Source: Octopus bimaculoides
Taxonomy: Eukaryota
Direction of reading: 5' to 3'
Assembly: GCF_001194135.2 (NCBI RefSeq)
Contig: NC_068982.1
Span: 161,445,701-161,496,178, forward strand
DNA: 50,478 nt
This document shows, one piece after another, positions 50,419-50,478 of the stretch; positions within the stretch are counted from its first letter, which is position 1, and the number at the start of each line of letters is the position of its first letter. A program made the translations under genes and the position numbers. Below the pieces are notes generated by a model. It was not told the DNA's origin. It made no database searches and was given only the letters and a program-made list of their open reading frames with translations.

Positions 50419-50478
<60 letters not shown>
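50419..50478. repeat. (GT)n microsatellite; others at about 3938-3980 (CA)n, 13770-13826 (CTTT)n, 46655-46755 (GT)n/(GA)n
   Basis: Direct reading. Confidence 0.95.

Overview
AT-rich, microsatellite- and transposon-dense animal genomic DNA; the SINE/RTE families and microsatellite load suggest an octopus or other cephalopod (inference). One protein-coding gene can be reconstructed on the + strand. Ten coding exons from ATG 14580 to TGA 30080 splice in phase into a 1710-nt CDS (569 aa) encoding an HP1BP3-like protein with three linker-histone H15 globular domains. Unusually, a fourth, RFX-type winged-helix domain lies N-terminal to them. One intron (17389-18771) has textbook U12 minor-spliceosome signals. 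A CpG-rich zone at about 1.2-7.5 kb probably holds the promoter and non-coding first exon(s). The rest is repeats: RTE LINE fragments (one with a PHD-like finger), tRNA-derived SINEs, several MITEs, an internally deleted mariner, a CR1 3' end, a decayed R4/Dong-clade retrotransposon next to a (TAA)n tract, microsatellites and two assembly gaps. No prokaryotic features and no CRISPR array.
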